Below, in pieces: positions 23,778 to 36,367 of a stretch of DNA of 64,000 bases. The notes under the pieces were generated by a model. That model ran no database searches. It saw nothing but the letters and a program-made list of their open reading frames with translations, and was not told the DNA's origin. The DNA comes from Neovahlkampfia damariscottae. Lineage: Eukaryota. The stretch covers positions 62,001 through 126,000 of the forward strand of contig JABLTG010000034.1 in assembly GCA_016618085.1 (NCBI GenBank). Reading direction: 5' to 3'. The position numbers were made by a program, and so were the translations under genes. Every line of letters starts with the position of its first letter. Within the stretch, counting starts at the first letter, position 1.

Positions 23778-26700
23778 TTATTTTGAAGACATAAAAAGCT
23801 TATTCATTACATGTAATGTCATATTAACATCTAAAATAACGTATTCATAATCTAATTTATCATTTCCTCTTGCTTTCATTGATAATAATTCTTCTAATTT
23901 AATTTCAATTGTCTTAACTGTGATACCACCAACTTTTGCGTCAACTTTAAATACACCAGGTGTTTCCATTGAAATATTAAATTTAACACGATTACGTTGA
24001 GATTTCATTACAGTCATATCTTTAATAACACCTTTCTTTTCTAATTGAGCATAAGTAAATTTATGTGTTTTTTTTGAAGGTACAACATCATTAACAACAG
24101 ATTGAGTAACATAACTTTTGAAATCTTCAATTTTTTCTTCCAAGAATTTTTGATGTCCTTCAAGTGAAGCCAAAGAGTCTTTTAATCTTTCAAATTCTTT
24201 CTTTTGTTTAACAAGTAAAACTTTAGCAGATTGAATTTCTTTTGTAATATCAACAATAATTTCTCTATATTCTGTTTTTTCTTGTACTTTTCCATTTTCA
24301 ATTAAAACAGGTAAAACTGTTTCAATTTGATTTACAGCTCCTAAAATTGATTTTGATTTTTCATCACTTTGATCTTGTTCAGCATATTTCTTTGCAACAC
24401 TTAATGTATCTTTTACAGAAGTACCAATTTGATCAGTTGGTAAAGATTTGAGAATAGTTCTAAATGATTCTTTTGCTGATTCATAAAGTTGATCTGCTGA
24501 TGCAGTTGCTTTTGTTGTCTTTTCTGCAAATCTATTAATTAATGGTAATTTAATTTCTTCATCTTGATCTTTTGGTAATTCTTCTGGTGCTTTATCCATA
24601 CCTGGTTCTGATAATATAATTTTCAAAGGATCATCTTTTTCTGTTGCAAGTTTATGTAAATATTTAAGTAAAACAGCATGAGTCAAAAAGATTTCATTCC
24701 ATTTAATTGTAATTGTTGGATTTGTTTTTTGTGTTAATTCCATATATTCATCAACTCCAAGTGAATCTTCTGGATCTTGTACATTTGTAAGTTTACGAAT
24801 AAAATCAACATATGGACTTTCATTTTTTTCTAACCATTCATTCATAACTGTCATATGTTCTTCTAATTTCTTATCAAATCTAGCATTATTTGAAAGATTT
24901 GTCATAACTTTAGAAATTAAAATAAGATTTGTTCTCATAACAGGTTTAATTGGATCTTTTGTTAATTCAAATCCATCAGGTGAAACAAGTGCTGGATTCA
25001 TAAATCTATAATAAACAATATATCCAATAACAGATGCTCTTTCTGATTCTGTTGATTTTTGATGTTTTTCTAAAAGCATATTATCTAATTGTTTACAAAC
25101 ATATCTAAGACCATATGGCATTTCATCAACATAATCAGCCATTCCTTGAAGTACTCCTGAACAAATTTCTGATAATTTTGCAATTCTTTCATTAATTTTT
25201 GTTGCAATATGTTCTTCTTTCATTGCTCTTTCATATGTTAAATTTTTAACATCAATTTCTGTATTTTTAACTCCTGTTTCAACTTCTTGATCTGAAAGAT
25301 ATGTTTTAAGTAATTTTACAGCATTAAGTTCTAAATCTAATTTTTTAATTTTCAAAATTGGATCAATAATTTTATCAAATAAAACTTTTTGTAAATATGT
25401 TTTTCCTTGTAAACGTCTACCATATGTCATAACCATTTTTGGTAAAACTGGATTATTATTTAAAAATGAACCAACTTTTTTGTTATCTCTTTCAACTTCA
25501 AGTTGAAGCGCTTGTTTAAATAAATTCAAAATTAAATATTCTTCACGTGCTGAGAAAGCATATCCATATAAAGTTAAAATAACAGTTTCAAGAAATGTTT
25601 CTACTTTTTCAGGTGGAACCATATATAAACATGTTGAAAGGTATTTTGGTTGTGTTTGAAGTAAATAAAATAAATGTGAATATTTTGTAGTATCACCATC
25701 AATCTTTGATGCTTCAACAACTGCTTTCTTTTTAGTTTTCTTTTTTGCATGAACTTCTTCTGCTTTAATTCTATTTTGAATCAATAATTCAATTTTCTTT
25801 TCAACATCTTTAACATCTGATTCTAATCCAAAATTTGTTTTAATTTGTGAAATGAGTTTTTCTCTAATTTCTTGAATCTTTCCAACAAAACTTTCAGTTT
25901 CTTCTTCTTTGAAAAGATTAAGAAGTGAATTTAATAAATCATGATCTTGAATAACTAATAATTGATCTTCTGCAATTTCTTTGATTTTAAGTCCTTTTAA
26001 TTTCATAACTTGTGGTTTATCTTCAAAGAAGTTCACTCCATTATGAATAAGTTCAACTTCAAATTCTGTATCAACTGGTACTTCATATAAATAATTTACT
26101 TCATATGTTCCATCTCCTAAATCTGTTACTTCACCATCAAATGAAAGATTTTTTTGTTTATTAACAAATTTAGTTGTAACTTTATCACCTCCTGTTGTTC
26201 TTGTATTTCCAAATTTATCATAAGTTGTAATTGTAAATTGACCTGGTTTTTTAGATGTACCATCATGTAATCCTTCACCATCAACAACATTTCTTTTTGG
26301 ATCTGTAACACCTGATTCTTTGATAACAATATTTTCAATTGGAAATCCTCCTACATATTCATCACCAAGTAAAACTTCAAGAGCATATTCACCAACTTCT
26401 TCTAAATCAAATGTTACATCATAAGTACCATTTTCATTATCAGCAACTTTAACTTTTCCTTCAAGGATTTCTTTTTTTGTTTTACTTGAAACACGTGCTG
26501 TAAATGTTTCTCCTCCTTTACTACGAAGATTTCCAAATTCATCTCTTGATTCAATGACAAATTTTGTTGTTTCACCAGCTTTAATTTGTGAAATGTCAGC
26601 TTTTGTTTTATATGTTGAAGCTTTTGTACTTGTTTTTTCAATTGGGTCAACATGAATTTTAATTGGTTTTCCAACTTCTTTGTTATCAAGTTTAACTTGA

Positions 26701-28571
26701 ATTTCATAATCACCAGCATGTTTAAATGTTGCAGAAGCATCATATCTTCCATTTTGTAAATCAACAATAGGTACTTCTGATGATCTGATTGGTTGTTGTT
26801 GAGCGAGTTTTTGAAGATGTGATTTAAATTCTGTTTTTGTAATTTTACTATCATTATCTGTATCATAATCATTGAAATTTAAAAGACTATCTGCAATTTC
26901 TTTTCTTTTTGTATATTCATCATGTTTTTCTTTTGAAACAATTGGTTCATCATCATTAGAATCTTTTGGTTCTTCTGTCATAAATAAAGCTGTTACTTCT
27001 TTAACAAAAGATTCAAATTCTGTTCTATCAATATGTTCATTTGAATCTTTATCATATTTTTGGAAGAGTGCATCAATTGCATCATCACTTACATTTTCTA
27101 AAACTTTAGTCATGTCAAGAGCTTGTTTGTTTCCTTCACTTGTACTGATAAGTGTAGCTGTGAATTTTTCACCACCTGATTCTCTAACATTTCCATGTTT
27201 ATCTTTTGCAACAACTGTAAATTTGAAAGTATCACCAGCCATGAGTGAGTTAACACCATCAATATCAATACCTTCAATATCTGTACTTGCAGGATCTGAA
27301 ATACCAGCATCTTTAACAATAATTTTTTGGTCTTTTCCCATTGATTTGTCACCAACTTTAATGGATAAATCATATTCACCACTTTTTGGAGCTGTATATG
27401 AAACTTCATAACTTCCATTTTGAAGATCTTTAACTGAAGCAACAACAGATTCACCATCACCAGTCAAAGTAACTTCATAATTTTCACCACCATTTCCTTT
27501 GTTTCCAAATTCATCAAATGATTGAATTGTAAATGTTGTTTCTGTACCAGCAGTTGAATTTGTTGAACCAATTCCATCAAGAGCACATTTGGTTGGATCA
27601 CTTTTTTTAGCTGAAACAACTTTAATTGGAAATGGACATCCCTTAAGAAGCATTTTTTCAAAGTCTTCTTCATCATCATCATCTTGAATATCATGAAGAT
27701 ATACTTCTAATTCATATTCACCAGCAACTTCTGGAATGTATGTAATAGTATAAGTACCATCATCATTATCTTTAACTTTACCAACAACTTTAATTTTTTT
27801 ATCGTTTTTGTTAAATAAAATAGCAGAGAATTCTTCACCACCAACGTCGATTGTATTACCAAGATTATCTTTTGCAGTAATTTTAGCTACAGCAGTTTCA
27901 CCAGCTTGAGCTTTTGAAATACCTTCACCATCAACAACACATTCATCAGGATCAGCTAATTCTAAATCTTCTGAACCTTCATCATCACCTTCTTCATCGT
28001 CTTCAACATCATGACGAGAAGGTGGAGCAATCATTGGTTTTCCACCTGGATCATCTTCAAGTTTGTCTAATTCTTCTTTTGTTCTTTTAATTTCATCTTC
28101 ATCAAATTTCAAACCAACTTTTGAAAGATCTTTAATTTTAACTTTTGTAATTTGATGTTTAGTAAGGTAATGAGCTAAAGCGTGAACACAAGCGATAACT
28201 TTAACAATGTTCTTTTTATCCCAAATATCTGGGATTGTAAAAAAATAATGTTCTCCAAATTTGACAGCTTTACAAGCTTTAAAAAAGTTGTTTAAATTGT
28301 CAGTTGCCATAAATTCAAGTAAACTACCAGATTGAATTTGATGGATTTTTTTGATGGAGTTATTTGTAAAAATATTAGCCAAACGACAAAGGTATTGTCC
28401 ATCACGTAAATTTGATACTAAATCCGCTGAAGAACCAGGTAATTTTTCTTGAATCATATCTTCGATATATTGCTTAGCTTCTTGTGATCTAACAAGAAAG
28501 TCGTAAGCTCTTTTTTCAGCAATAGCAACGTCAATATCTTTTGACATGTCTCTTTTGAATTGTTTTGACAT
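23778..28571 (-). CDS. IQGAP/Rng2-like protein: CH domain, filamin Ig repeats, EF-hands, RasGAP-related domain, RasGAP_C
   Basis: CH motif LRDGQYLCRLAN...DIWDKKNIVKVIACVHALAH; filamin repeats (DNDDGTYTITY, DLQNGSYEVSY); YSHLFYLLQTQPKYL and YYRFMNPALVSPDGF; intronless, 1597 aa. Confidence 0.9.
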   Translation of the reverse strand: MSKQFKRDMSKDIDVAIAEKRAYDFLVRSQEAKQYIEDMIQEKLPGSSADLVSNLRDGQYLCRLANIFTNNSIKKIHQIQSGSLLEFMATDNLNNFFKACKAVKFGEHYFFTIPDIWDKKNIVKVIACVHALAHYLTKHQITKVKIKDLSKVGLKFDEDEIKRTKEELDKLEDDPGGKPMIAPPSRHDVEDDEEGDDEGSEDLELADPDECVVDGEGISKAQAGETAVAKITAKDNLGNTIDVGGEEFSAILFNKNDKKIKVVGKVKDNDDGTYTITYIPEVAGEYELEVYLHDIQDDDDEEDFEKMLLKGCPFPIKVVSAKKSDPTKCALDGIGSTNSTAGTETTFTIQSFDEFGNKGNGGENYEVTLTGDGESVVASVKDLQNGSYEVSYTAPKSGEYDLSIKVGDKSMGKDQKIIVKDAGISDPASTDIEGIDIDGVNSLMAGDTFKFTVVAKDKHGNVRESGGEKFTATLISTSEGNKQALDMTKVLENVSDDAIDALFQKYDKDSNEHIDRTEFESFVKEVTALFMTEEPKDSNDDEPIVSKEKHDEYTKRKEIADSLLNFNDYDTDNDSKITKTEFKSHLQKLAQQQPIRSSEVPIVDLQNGRYDASATFKHAGDYEIQVKLDNKEVGKPIKIHVDPIEKTSTKASTYKTKADISQIKAGETTKFVIESRDEFGNLRSKGGETFTARVSSKTKKEILEGKVKVADNENGTYDVTFDLEEVGEYALEVLLGDEYVGGFPIENIVIKESGVTDPKRNVVDGEGLHDGTSKKPGQFTITTYDKFGNTRTTGGDKVTTKFVNKQKNLSFDGEVTDLGDGTYEVNYLYEVPVDTEFEVELIHNGVNFFEDKPQVMKLKGLKIKEIAEDQLLVIQDHDLLNSLLNLFKEEETESFVGKIQEIREKLISQIKTNFGLESDVKDVEKKIELLIQNRIKAEEVHAKKKTKKKAVVEASKIDGDTTKYSHLFYLLQTQPKYLSTCLYMVPPEKVETFLETVILTLYGYAFSAREEYLILNLFKQALQLEVERDNKKVGSFLNNNPVLPKMVMTYGRRLQGKTYLQKVLFDKIIDPILKIKKLDLELNAVKLLKTYLSDQEVETGVKNTEIDVKNLTYERAMKEEHIATKINERIAKLSEICSGVLQGMADYVDEMPYGLRYVCKQLDNMLLEKHQKSTESERASVIGYIVYYRFMNPALVSPDGFELTKDPIKPVMRTNLILISKVMTNLSNNARFDKKLEEHMTVMNEWLEKNESPYVDFIRKLTNVQDPEDSLGVDEYMELTQKTNPTITIKWNEIFLTHAVLLKYLHKLATEKDDPLKIILSEPGMDKAPEELPKDQDEEIKLPLINRFAEKTTKATASADQLYESAKESFRTILKSLPTDQIGTSVKDTLSVAKKYAEQDQSDEKSKSILGAVNQIETVLPVLIENGKVQEKTEYREIIVDITKEIQSAKVLLVKQKKEFERLKDSLASLEGHQKFLEEKIEDFKSYVTQSVVNDVVPSKKTHKFTYAQLEKKGVIKDMTVMKSQRNRVKFNISMETPGVFKVDAKVGGITVKTIEIKLEELLSMKARGNDKLDYEYVILDVNMTLHVMNKLFMSSK

Positions 28572-28787
28572 GTTTAGTAAACCTAAGGTTGTTCTGAAGC
28601 TGAAAAAAAGTACTGTTTGTTGATTGGATAACTGATCAACAACACCTTTTATTGGTTAATTTTGAGTTGATATTTCCGCAACTCAATATTTATTATTTTT
28701 CTAGAATTATTAAATAAAAAAACTCAATTTCACATTTTTCCGTTGTCCATTTATTTTGATTTTTTTTTCACCAATCACAATTCGAAA

Positions 28788-29978
28788 ATGTCCAGTCTCT
28801 TCAGCAAAAACAAAATGAAAAAAGAAGACACATTGAACAACTTTTCATCATATATTTTGGCTCAGGGACATTTAACTAAAAAAGGACAAGAATTTTCGAC
28901 GTGGAGTAAAAGGTTTTTCATAATGTTGGAGGATATGATTTTGTATTATAAAGATGAAAATGATCTTCATCATCCTTCAGGAATTATATATTTGTATAAA
29001 AGTAACATAAAAAAAAATGTTTCGGAAACAAAAAGAGAATTTTGTTTTCAAATCACAACAAACCAAAGAAAAGAAATAGTTTTACAGGCTGCAGATGAAA
29101 ATATGAAAGAAACTTGGTGTTCATTATTACAAGAAACTGTTTTAAAAATTACAAAGGATTATGACACAGAAATAGATGAACTAACTGATGAATACGAAAA
29201 AACAAAGTTAGAAAATCTTGGTTTAGAAAAACAAATTGAATTAGTTTCAAAATCAGCTCAATCTTTAAAAGGTATTTAAGTTTTTATGTTTTTTAAAAAA
29301 AAAGACGAAACGATACAAATTAAAGAAAACATTGAAAAAGCGACAAAGACAACAATTGATATTGAAGAAACAACAAGAGAAAGTATATCATCAAGAAGTG
29401 AAGATGGTGAAAAAGTACTTGATTTAATTCAAACTATGGAAAATAACTTTACTATGATGAACAGAATGATATCCAATTGTTTCGAAACACAAAAAAATTT
29501 TTTAGATGCTTGTGAATCAAAAAAAGTCACAAAATCAACTTTTCAAACATTATATGAAGGTTTTCAAGTGTTAAATGAAGAGAGATCTGATATAGTTGAC
29601 CAAATGATTGAAATTCAAGACGCTGTTGGTGAAAGTGTGAGAGAAGCAGAAAAAGAAATACAAAAATATGTAGCTGAATCCACTCAAAATAGTACTTTAT
29701 ATCAGATTTGTGGTATTACAAATACAGAAATGTCACAAAAAGACGTTTCGAAAATTGCGAAAAAAAAATTAACTGAATTAAAAAAAAAACGAATTCAACT
29801 GGAGAAAGATGTTGGGTTGAAAAAAACTTTGATAGATGAAAATGAAGAAACATTGAAAGAATTAAAATTACATAAAAAAGTTTTGTTGAAAGAACTAAAA
29901 AATGTAATGGGAGCGAATACAGAATCAGTTTCTACTCCTACTACTGCGGTGGATACACCAGTTGAAGAGGAAGAATGA
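28788..29978 (+). CDS. PH domain + coiled-coil protein
   Basis: GHLTKKGQEFSTWSKRFF...LQAADENMKETW; intron at 29272-29304. Confidence 0.85.
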
Positions 29979-30055
29979 ATTTTTCAAATTAAAATATTTA
30001 TAAATAACGGAATAACAAAAAAAATAAAAATTAAATTTATACCAAAAATTATGTG

Positions 30056-30566
<511 letters not shown>

Positions 30567-30685
30567 ATGCACATATAAATTAAATAAAAATCTTTGTAAA
30601 ATTTTAAAGTTAATCTATTGTTTTTTCGTATTTCATTACATAAGTTTCGAGAAAAAAAAAAAAAAGAGCCAAACAAAACAAATTT

Positions 30686-31506
30686 TTATAACTCATAATT
30701 ATCGAGTTGTGAATCTTGTGGCCATTGAATAGAGTATTCAAATGGAATTGTAGTTTCACTTCCTGGATTGATAATCATTTCCCATTCCATGTTATTTGTA
30801 TCTGCGTTTAATCCAACTCTTAAAACAGTTGCACCATATAATTTTACATCTTTCAATTCTGTAGTATTCTTTAATTCTGGTTTTAATAAAACAACTTTAA
30901 TCTAAAAAATGAATATTAATAACAAAGAAATCAAACAGTTTCATCAGTTGATTTTGGAAATTGATCAGCTAAAGACAATTTGATTGCCAAATCTTTTGTA
31001 TTTTTGATAATGATTTTTCTTTCAATTGTATTTTTTCTTTGTTTTCCAATAAGAATTCCAGAAGTTTCTGAAGTTGATTTAACAGGACGATATTCAACTT
31101 TAACTGAAGGATCAACACCTGAAAGTCAAAACTGAAAAAAAGAAACAAACCTAAATATGATTCAAATTCTTCTTTTGGTGAAACTGATTTCATTACACCA
31201 GTAGCAATAAAATTATTATCAAAAAATACATTCCTTGTAAAAATTAAATGAAAAAAAAAAAAAACAAACATTTCACCAGGTAAAAGTGGATAATCAGAAT
31301 CATTTGTTGCTTTAACTTTTAAATAAACATTTGTATCAAATTTTGGTACACAATAGTGACTTAATTCTGAAGTTAATTTAATTGTTGAGATTGAAATTTT
31401 ATGAGCAAACCCATCTGAAGGTATATTCACCACTCTTTCAATTGTAAAGTTTGTGCTTGTTGCTCCTTTATCAACTCTTGCAGAAGGTGATGACATACCG
31501 ATCAAA

Positions 31507-31537
<31 letters not shown>

Positions 31538-32560
31538 CATCTTCTTCTTCAAGGTATCTGTCCATTTTGCTAGATTTTTTTTTTCTTCTTTTACCTCCAG
31601 ATCTTGATTTATTCTTTTGAACTGATTTGAAATTGGAATAACCATAATCAGGGTAAACATAATTTAAAGTGAGGGTATTCAATTTTGGAGGTTCAGCTCC
31701 AACATTAGGATCAGCTGTTGATAAACTAATTGAAGCGTCTTCCCAGTTTTCTCCTGTTTTTTGAGCAACTTGAGCAAAATAACTGATAGTGAATTCTTTT
31801 TCTGTGCCAACAATTCTAACATCATAAATTGGAGTCCATGAACATTGATTCACTCTGTAACTTAATTTAAGAGTAACTTCTGTTTCTTTTTCACAAGAAA
31901 GTTTGACAACAGCTTTTTTTGTCATTGTATGTTTATCAATAGTATTTAATTTTGACATTTGTTTTCTTAAATCATCAATTTTATTTTGTGAATCTTAGTT
32001 TCAAAATTTAAAAAAAAAAAATAAGAACCTTCAATTTCTTTGTTGTATCCTTCAAATAGAGTATCAAATCTTGAAAGTTCTGATTGATAATAATCCATAA
32101 AATCAGAGACACCATCAGTTGTTTCTTTTGAAAGTAATTTTGTAATTTTTTTGTCGTTCTTTGAAACATTAATGACACTCTTTGAATAATCCTCAACAAA
32201 TAGTTTTTCTTTGTTAGCACGTGATTTTTTTTGATGAACTAAAGCAATTTCATTTTGAATTTGTTTTATTTCAATTTCAAATTCTTTTTTTGAGCTGATA
32301 TCCTTTGGATTAGCTTTTACAGTATCTTTTGTTGATTTGGTACTAATTTCTAAAATTAAAGCATCACCTGAACCAGATATTCTGATTGAATCATCAAACA
32401 CTTTATTTGAAAGACCTGCTATAATAACTTCTTGTTCCCCTTCTAAAAGTTGAACTTTTAATGTTCTACTGACAATAGCAGATGAATTGAATATAGTTAC
32501 ATGCTGAATTGGACAATCTTCAAGTTTGACTTGATGCTCAACCTGTTTTACTTCACTCAT
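30686..32560 (-). CDS. DUF4140/DUF4139 family protein, 5 exons
   Basis: PIQHVTIFNSSAIVSR (DUF4140); SWTPIYDVR, AQVAQKTGENWEDASISLST and YLGVDPSVK (DUF4139). Confidence 0.85.
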
Positions 32561-32683
32561 TTTTAATTGGGTGTTCATTCTAATTGGTTTATTTTATGAC
32601 AAAAAAAAAATAAAATTGAATTTAATTTTCTGAAAATCTTAGAAGAACTTCCAAAAATGACATAGTTTTTTATTGGCCAATTA

Positions 32684-34559
32684 ATGCTTTATGTGTTGCT
32701 GTTGTTGTCTTTGAGTGCATTGGGCTTTGTAGATTCGAGTTGTATGACCAGAAAAAACTCGGTTATCACTTGGAGGGTTTTACCATTCCAACCTGGTCAG
32801 CGATCTTTGCTCACCTTCTCGACGCACTCGTCTTTTCAATTTTCTTCATGGGCTGCACTATCGTTTCAAACTTCAATAGAATCATCCACTTCAAAGATTA
32901 TATTCATTCAATATGTAGATAATGGAAAATATGTACCAGCTATCATGAACAATCATCAAGAAAAAAAATTAAATTATACTTTGCCACCTTACTTACTCGT
33001 TGAAAATGCAAATACAACACAATTTGATGATTTAACATTCCAAATACCTTTAGAATTTATGAACAATGTGAAATATGTTTCAATAGCTTATTCAAAAACA
33101 CCAATTCAAAATTATTCTCAATTACCAAAACATGATTATATTATAACCACAAAATTCAATTATACCATTGAAGCAGATGCTTGTTTTTCTAATTTTTTTG
33201 TACGAATATCAGGAATATCTATTGAATTTTTTTTTATTGAAGAAACCATTTATATCATTTTACTTTTAACTGTAGTTTATTTAAGAGATGAACAACCTTT
33301 AAAATCAAGAAGTATTTTTCCAAGTATTTCAATTTTAATTCAATATTTATTATCATTGTCTCCATTACAAATTTATTTTATGAACAGTGAACAAACAGCC
33401 AAATATTCATGTTATGCTTCATCTTTCGCTTTTTTAAATTTATCTTGTTTAATTTCAATTTTAGTACCTTTGAATTATATTAGATTTTTCTTATTGGCAT
33501 TTTTAAATCAAAGAAAAGAAGAAATTAGAAAAGATAGACATGCATTATTTTATAAATCAATTATCTTTTTAAGAAAATTTTCAAATCCAAATATATCCAT
33601 GATCATCATTTTATTTTATTTATTAGTTTCAAATTCAATAGTTTTAATGATTATGTCAATTTTTAATTTTGAATGTACAACAGATTTGAATGGAATTATT
33701 AATATCATTTATGGAATCATCAGTTTATTGACTCTTATTCTTTTGATTTTCATTGGTTGTTTGGATACATTCATTCATTTTTTATTTTGCACTCGTGATT
33801 TAGAAAAAAAGAAAACTATTAAAAAATATATGTTTTCAAAACTAGATCCTTTTTATTTTAGAATTGAATTCATCATTGGAGTCATTTTTTCATCATTTTA
33901 TTTTATTGGGTTTTTATTAACTATTGGTGGTGAAATTGTATCAACTTCACAAATTGAATTTCAAATATTTTTGAATATTAGTTCAATATTTATTACTATT
34001 TATCATTATGGACTTTTATTTTATCAAGTAATTTTAGTATTATTCATTACAATCATCTTAATGATCAAAAGAAACATTTCTTCATTTTTTAAGAAAAATA
34101 TAAATCAAAAAGATTCAATGGATCAAATTATGTCTCATGAAATATTAAGTGAACAATTTAAAGACTTTTGTGAAAAGGAATGGTCTCTTGAAAATGTAAG
34201 AAACAATAGGAAATCTAAAATCTATTTTTAAGTTTTTGTGTTATGAAGATATTGAAAAATATAAAAAATCAATGAATGAATGGAAAAGAAAAGAGATTGC
34301 TTATGATATATTATATACATATTTTAATGGTGATTCATCACCTTTATCTGTTAATTGTTCATTTGGAACATTGAAAGTTATTCGTGAAAAATTAGATTTT
34401 AAAAGAGGAAATCAAACTGAATTTCCTGATGAATTGTTTGAAGAAGCATTGAAAGAAATTAAAAACAATCTCGCAGATACTTATAGTAGATATATTGATT
34501 CATCAGAATATCAAACGTTTGTGAAGAATTCTTCATTTTTAGACAAAGAAATGAAGTAA
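32684..34559 (+). CDS. Signal peptide + ectodomain + multi-TM (about 7) + RGS domain protein
   Basis: Hydrophobic N-terminus; TM region beginning RDEQPLKSRS; RGS motif FKDFCEKEWSLEN|FLCYEDIEKYK...NLADTYSRY across one intron. Confidence 0.85.
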
Positions 34560-34674
34560 CCATTGTTTATTGAGACTCTGAAATAAAGAACAAATGATGA
34601 TACAAGTTGAAAAGTTTAAAGTTTATTGTAGTAATGAATTATAAAAGAGTCATATTTTTTTTGAAACAGAAATT

Positions 34675-35123
34675 CTATTCTTTCAAAATTTGTTCTTTAA
34701 TATTTTTCTTTTTGATGTACAATTCTCTCTTTTCAAGTTGGTCTCTTTTTGAGATTTTCAATTTTTTTTTTTTCTTTACTTTTTTATTTGTACATAGACG
34801 TAATAAAACATAGTTAGAAATATTAATAAAATTGATGATTGTTTGAGATATCTTGTTCGTTTTATTTTTTTTAATTCACTTTCAAGAAAATCATACTCTT
34901 CTTTCATAGGATAATCTTTTAATAAATTTGGATATCTTTTTTGATATATCTTTGTTACAATATAAAGTTTACATCTGTTATATATGTTTGGTTTTGGTTG
35001 TAAACAAGCATCTCCAATCATTCCTTTCATTAAAATATTTAAGAAAAAGAATTTGTTACCAATATTATCAACTTTTGGTAATCTTTTGATATGTTTATTA
35101 TAAAAATATTTCAATTTTTCCAT
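34675..35123 (-). CDS. Small single-TM hypothetical protein, 3 exons
   Basis: Introns at 35024-35059 and near 34746-34779 give a continuous frame ending ...KEQILKE*; TM segment SILLIFLTMFYYVYV. Confidence 0.55.
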
Positions 35124-35246
35124 TTTGTTTTAGTTGAAAAAAACAAAAAGTGAAGATGATTGGATGAAACATAAAATAAAAAAAATGAAACAAAAAAATA
35201 AGAAAATGATTTCAAAATTGGAATACTTTTATTTTTTTGATGTTTT

Positions 35247-36017
35247 TTAAAATTTCATTTCGTGAGGGTTTTGTCCTTTTTTTAATGAAAATAATGAACC
35301 AAGGTAACCTTCAAGATATTTAACTTTTGAAACAGCTGCTAAGATTGATTCATCAACTGATTGTTGGAATTGTTTAAATTCTTCTGTAACAGTTTTTTTA
35401 GCTTCTGGTTCTTTTTTAACAAGAAGTGATTCAGTTTCAACATTTTGTTTTCTTGAAACTTTTTTCTTTTCTTTTTGGAAGAAAGTATCATTGAGTTGTT
35501 CTGGAACTTTAACAGCTGAAACATCTACTTTTGTTGAAGTAGCAATGACATATCTTTGGTTAACTCTTGTGAGTGGAACACCATTGAGTTTATATGGACC
35601 TGAAACTAATAAAAGACCTGATTCTAAGCTTTTTAAAGCAACAACTCTTTTTCCAGCATATTTTCCAGCAAGAACGATTAAAACTGTACCTGGTGTAATT
35701 GAAGCTCTAACTTTAGGTGCATTTGTTGTTGTTCTTGTATTTCTAACACGTCTTCTGACTGGTTCTGTTGATACTTTTCTTGAGAGTTTTGGAAAGATTG
35801 TAGTTTCTCTTTTTGTTTTTCCGTATGGTTTTTTTTTAAGTTCAACAGTTTTTTTTTGTTTTTCAACTTTTGGTGATTTCATTTTTCCTTCTTTAACTTT
35901 TTTCAAAATGACAATTTTCTTGCTTCTTGTGAACATGTCGTGTTTTGAATATTTTGGAATTGTTTTCTTTGCACCAGCAATAAGTGGTTCATTATGTAAT
36001 TTTTGTGTTTTTCCCAT
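35247..36017 (-). CDS. RPL6: 60S ribosomal protein L6 (eL6)
   Basis: RASITPGTVLIVLAGKYAGKRVV, SGPYKLNGVPLTRVNQRYVIATSTKVD, FSLKKGQNPHEMKF. Confidence 0.97.
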   Translation of the reverse strand: MGKTQKLHNEPLIAGAKKTIPKYSKHDMFTRSKKIVILKKVKEGKMKSPKVEKQKKTVELKKKPYGKTKRETTIFPKLSRKVSTEPVRRRVRNTRTTTNAPKVRASITPGTVLIVLAGKYAGKRVVALKSLESGLLLVSGPYKLNGVPLTRVNQRYVIATSTKVDVSAVKVPEQLNDTFFQKEKKKVSRKQNVETESLLVKKEPEAKKTVTEEFKQFQQSVDESILAAVSKVKYLEGYLGSLFSLKKGQNPHEMKF

Positions 36018-36019
36018 TT

Positions 36020-36060
36020 CTATTGTTAAATAAGTTAATTTTGAAACAATTTTTGTTTAC
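36020..36060 (-). other. Probable 5'-UTR intron of RPL6
   Basis: GTAAAC...TTTAACAATAG, 41 nt, ending 2 nt before the ATG; matches the size class of the other introns. Confidence 0.7.
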
Positions 36061-36367
36061 TCTGTTTTGTAGCCTAAAAGTATCTCAACAAGACAATTTG
36101 ATTGGTTAGAGTTGACCAATTAAATCAAAACAAAAAAAATGAAGGAAATTTTTTTTTTTGTTTTTCGACATTATTTAATATTTAAATAAATCTCTAACCG
36201 TTTTCTTTAAATTCCGAAGTGTTTTTCTTCTGTTCATTTTAAAAAAATAATGTGATTGGACAATTATTATTTATTGGAAGATGCAAATCCAAAATGAGCT
36301 GAGAAAAAATTCCATCATAAAAACTTAATTTATTTCTTCGTGAATATCATCTGATTTGAAAAAAAAT

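Noticed and set aside
36275..36360. TPP riboswitch-like GGAA...GCTGAGA...TTCC
   Set aside because: The pyrophosphate-binding half (CCTGAT...TAAT...GCG-AGG) is absent, and no thiamine gene is nearby.
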